The position numbers and the translations under genes are program-made. From the NCBI GenBank assembly GCA_024613925.1, contig GCA_024613925.1_4713.1: 64,000 nucleotides of DNA; one strand, 5' to 3'. Below, in pieces: positions 62,701-64,000 of this stretch (positions are counted from its first letter, which is position 1; every line of letters begins with the position of its first letter). The notes beneath the pieces were generated by a model. That model did not search any database. It was not told the origin of the DNA and saw only the letters and a list, made by a program, of their open reading frames with translations. Source of the DNA: a phage.

Positions 62701-63424
62701 TCCCGCAAAACGGGGTGACGTACGCCAAGTTCGTTATCTGGTTAACGGCGGCTATAACGGATTACGTGATGTTGAACAACGTTCTGCTTATTGGATTCAG
62801 GCGGCTAAGAACGGCACCCTGAAGAAAATGATGGACGAGTTATCAGGGTCAACATCGGACGATCAAGCTGAAGGACCGACCACTGCCGAACAGGTGAAGA
62901 ACGAAGCAGCACAAGAGGCAAACGGAACACCTGCTGTAAGCAACGATCCGCAAGCTCCAGCGCCTTCTACCACCCCTGAAGCTAAACCGTCTGCGGCTGC
63001 CGGGACGGCTCCAGCGCCAGGAGAAGCATCGCCGACACCTGGAAGTTTCGAAACAGCAAAAGCCGCGGCAGGACAACCGACATCAACTCCAGCACCTAGC
63101 GATTTGCCGTCAAACCCGGGCGCAAATCGAGGGATATCGGTTCCGAATACGCCTGCACAGGTTGCGCAGTCTGCGACACAAACATCGGTTGCAAGTGAGA
63201 ACTTCTACGGCAGCGCAGGTGAAATTCTCCGACAGCAGCTGACCACACAGCAGAACATCGAGAAGAACACCGGTAGAACCAATGAACTTATTTCGGAATT
63301 AATCCAAGCCGTTAAAGGTTCTTCTATCGGTAAGGGTTCTGCAGGTCCTTCTCAACAACAGACGATGTCGCTACCTAATCGTCCGCAAGGAATCTCTCCA
63401 ACACGGACAAGGTACGCACAGTAG
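56759..63424 (+). CDS. giant virion-associated protein with glycine-rich membrane-like segment and GH19-type lysozyme domain (phiKZ gp181-like; tape-measure/cell-puncturing candidate)
   Basis: Track ORF begins at TTG (56642); ATG at 56759 has GGAGG 6 nt upstream; ~2221 aa; lysozyme motifs FLANIEHESGNY ... GDGAKYLGRGFIQVTGKANY; Gly/Ala-rich hydrophobic stretch ~100 aa; internal ~106-aa tandem repeat (YVKGES.PR.L...); Pro/Thr/Ala-rich linker near C-terminus. Confidence 0.6.
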   Translation: MVDKTRVEGDDNWDNWDDDFSLDLDFDEPKDDRKPITRFAVGAVKGAAEDLTSYERMKEIARNALPKGYSDGMDLIDSAVGSTKELYNEAVRDVLPKVQSSKRLAAQLTKKYRASMPDFSKKILEQWEREAKEEDERKQAEAELKQRMASAGDNEIARKVAEALGESANQSADQFAEQQAKESIRDDIADKRYAVTNKQMSAMQEGVAKMVGFNNEFAARYMRKSLELKYRSLAIQRASFDQHKKLAEVYIGLLQNIQKNTALPDAAKAKMSEEFRRSAYQRFFGNTLDAMSSFENRFFADVKKNLSRNIVGALSGFAESSRDALSGLAEVKDGMSMMDGIGSEGDIKEMKGRMLGQLIGTAVTPWLAEKGSTALRDFAKRHPNSKIASAIKTIDAGGDAAAFTSRNIGKILQEDIRKNQFNLSDPWYKRFLRDTGSMMFNMDTGRNFRVMNDTAETLAEQTSFDGLTYRSINEVIPGFLARILKSSEGIRTGNSDPDYEVYDSISGQFVAQRTREQSVNDTLFNKRTFGYYASRFNEVISVIDPDKKLSDNARKGLAKQLARDSDANIAFDPARFTDESNFDRSIDRDAIKELSNYFRNRYGIDYVPDEKGQRHQVIGNRGQYYTERNRADLRYGNLKSLQPDIQRNLNLLKRTGDVQYLERIGIVTRNSDGSYSVNHDRYFSEIDRYIDRPEYAERSDVNTRLTAQETRALALGYRDAKPSVDDVQNAGRPHIDRKAVGTVTVDENIGYDKWWNDTGVITTSLEEQNRAWQELYLEALSEASEQRTEMLALLKAISEKDWSNNVSLDGEDVPEGAAPISFIDRAKQKLGARNLFKGGRNLLWKGIKNTARLGVKGARWGAERTLGSLVNSGRRIINFNRFVFGALSKVDQVPFDIYVKGESQPRILAAKLRQGLYFDEATGKAVKRMKDIKGPLVDADGNIVISNEDIEKGLVTRAGRAFENSGLKAWAREGLNGITTVLSLPRMLKRGAVEIYKQLDKTPDVYVKGESTPRLLSTVLAAGGYFRRSDGQVIKNLEDIDGDVVDAQGNVVLTLADMQKGLVDKYGKAVRRLKEKLINFGVKAFTLPLTLLRKTKDILKALPGKTVNGLRRMGLNFQSPDALLVGTTSSMVDRLDAIYKLLDQRMPGGDKDYRDWNGDGVREGSLEDLKRKRAAKENGKDDTGKDSGKGEEKEKKRGLLGSLFDMLGDTALGKRLMASPLGKILGGLGAVLSGGASLTGLLGKGLISGTGALVKGGLSVAGWLGRGALMAGGAALNAVGGLSGLGAFLISPVGLAIAGGALAAYAGWKIYQHFAEKPDPMQKLRLIAYGAKGDDKDFNKKLLATETYLTDHVVMTGDTIGFDPKADSEKILEIWELSLEDSDRMNEWKRWYLHRFIPVFARAYKLWKEHMPDEKKYMEMDKYPNGENKVKWSEAFIWPSDSPDGPYYVEANPLGSSGATRYIAGQDVKTLMLKQLEAIKKEYQNQIKQYTHDEAIADWSRMSDTQRKSVAPNALRGQKASLRFNDKRYNSAGAKGRQKLDATAVIESVDRRGRKWVAGGYIDELTSLRVRAYGIKVPLLSQIKVLMELEDAVEPGVVAEGKGVKYGGDLVALYKKFATKFGRDVNSKRDQDIWFAWMNNRFLPVFLTYYQQVSEMGGQGLLSDVVQNLKDSQRWEIGEALVATQYRDEKGTLQPVWSWNSCGFSGTEANTISSSTKSQLDLLKEYADKEKVREKNAEASQEDTDKLSKIQELMMKQAGYEKKDGVWQKKSRITGGMSNSEANYNPSGNRVGESSFTASATSNAGLGSTGDVTGLPNMGLQKPATGPGPEAGRRALVKSAVKRGITDPMEMAMFLANIEHESGNYTHVREGNYKTPERLKQVFPYKFRDVQDAAQTISMGPEAVFERVYGNRKDLGNTQKGDGAKYLGRGFIQVTGKANYARLSKTLNKDLVSDPTYLETPEGAAEGSVAWWLNRGNVLRDPAKRGDVRQVRYLVNGGYNGLRDVEQRSAYWIQAAKNGTLKKMMDELSGSTSDDQAEGPTTAEQVKNEAAQEANGTPAVSNDPQAPAPSTTPEAKPSAAAGTAPAPGEASPTPGSFETAKAAAGQPTSTPAPSDLPSNPGANRGISVPNTPAQVAQSATQTSVASENFYGSAGEILRQQLTTQQNIEKNTGRTNELISELIQAVKGSSIGKGSAGPSQQQTMSLPNRPQGISPTRTRYAQ

Positions 63425-63435
63425 TCATTAGTTAA

Positions 63436-63454
63436 GGGCGGGAGATTCCCGCCC
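63436..63454 (+). terminator. hairpin GGGCGGGA-GATT-CCCGCCC after giant gene
   Basis: 7-bp GC stem followed by TCTTCTTG. Confidence 0.4.
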
Positions 63455-63473
63455 TCTTCTTGAGGAATGTTAC

Positions 63474-64000
63474 ATGGGTATTCTTGTTCAAAACGCCCTA
63501 ATAACCAAACAAGCGTTTTTATTACCTGGCGATAGCAGCACGCTTAGTGCTGACATGATTAAAGCGAGACATACACCGTATTCCTACGATAACGTCGATG
63601 ATACCACCTTAGGTGGGAACTGGGTGCTTAACCCGCCACCGCAATACACCAAATTTGCCGACATCAAAGAACGCCGACGTGCGGTTATGCCGGGATCAAC
63701 AGGCATGGGTCGAGGCTACAGTGAAAGCATTAACAGCTTTAAAGAAGTCGTTACGTTACGATTCGGTAAACCTCGCTTTACAGGCGCAAGTATCTTCTTT
63801 ACTGATTTCTACGATGCGGATGTTGCCGTAACGGTTAAAACCGGTCGCGATCCCGGTATTCTTTATTACGCAGCCAAAGCGTATACCACCGTTCTTTCTT
63901 ACCTCACGCCTCTACCTTACCTGTATATGGTTGGACGTATTGGTCGATATTTCCTGGGTAAACCTACCAGTCAATATTACTATCAAGTACCAACCATGCA
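63474..64000 (+). CDS. hypothetical protein, 3' end truncated by window edge
   Basis: ATG at 63474 with GAGGAA upstream; open frame (MGILVQNALITKQAF..) runs to end of window without stop; absent from ORF track because incomplete. Confidence 0.45.
   Translation, partial: MGILVQNALITKQAFLLPGDSSTLSADMIKARHTPYSYDNVDDTTLGGNWVLNPPPQYTKFADIKERRRAVMPGSTGMGRGYSESINSFKEVVTLRFGKPRFTGASIFFTDFYDADVAVTVKTGRDPGILYYAAKAYTTVLSYLTPLPYLYMVGRIGRYFLGKPTSQYYYQVPTM

Noticed and set aside
1-64000. tRNA genes, CRISPR repeats, integrase/transposase or inverted terminal repeats
   Set aside because: No T-loop-like GGTTCGAATCC-type sequences, no regularly spaced direct repeats, and no recombinase motifs were noticed on manual scan; a tRNAscan/Infernal run would be needed to exclude small RNAs formally

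Overview
This 64 kb window reads as a gene-dense block from a phiKZ-like, nucleus-forming jumbo phage (Chimalliviridae-type); the host cannot be determined from sequence alone. Most genes are on the minus strand. No tRNA, rRNA, CRISPR array or transposase/IS element was recognised. All identifications come from reading the supplied ORF translations and DNA by eye and from recalled family motifs; no database search or alignment program was run, and motif coordinates may be off by a few nt. Recognisable genes: a PhuZ-like phage tubulin (23622..24602); a 631-aa candidate chimallin/nuclear-shell protein (13768..15663) directly upstream of an RNA polymerase beta-prime N-terminal gene (phiKZ gp54-gp55-like order); a second beta-prime N-terminal paralogue with an intact GADFDGD motif (54867..56513) next to a beta-subunit gene; a terminase large subunit candidate; tail sheath and tube candidates; a calcineurin-like metallophosphoesterase; and a ~2221-aa protein with a glycine-rich membrane-like segment and a GH19-type lysozyme domain. 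The main findings are three candidate group I introns in RNAP genes, each placed inside a universally conserved motif. (1) The beta-prime gene next to the chimallin candidate ends its first exon at NADF; two tandem intron cores with ordered P, Q, R and S elements flank a 13-nt mini-exon encoding DGDA, and splicing would rebuild NADFDGD in frame. (2) The beta-subunit gene is interrupted by a 513-nt intron between ...DRDD and HNRM..., matching the bacterial HDD/ANR motif. Recurrent regulatory motifs are also described: a phiKZ early-promoter-like TATATTACCTAGGTG element (4 copies), a hairpin-linked TTTATGCCG element, and a TTGACGTA element. Many track ORFs are over-extended at the N-terminus (including TTG/GTG starts); starts were adjusted where a clear Shine-Dalgarno sequence was visible.
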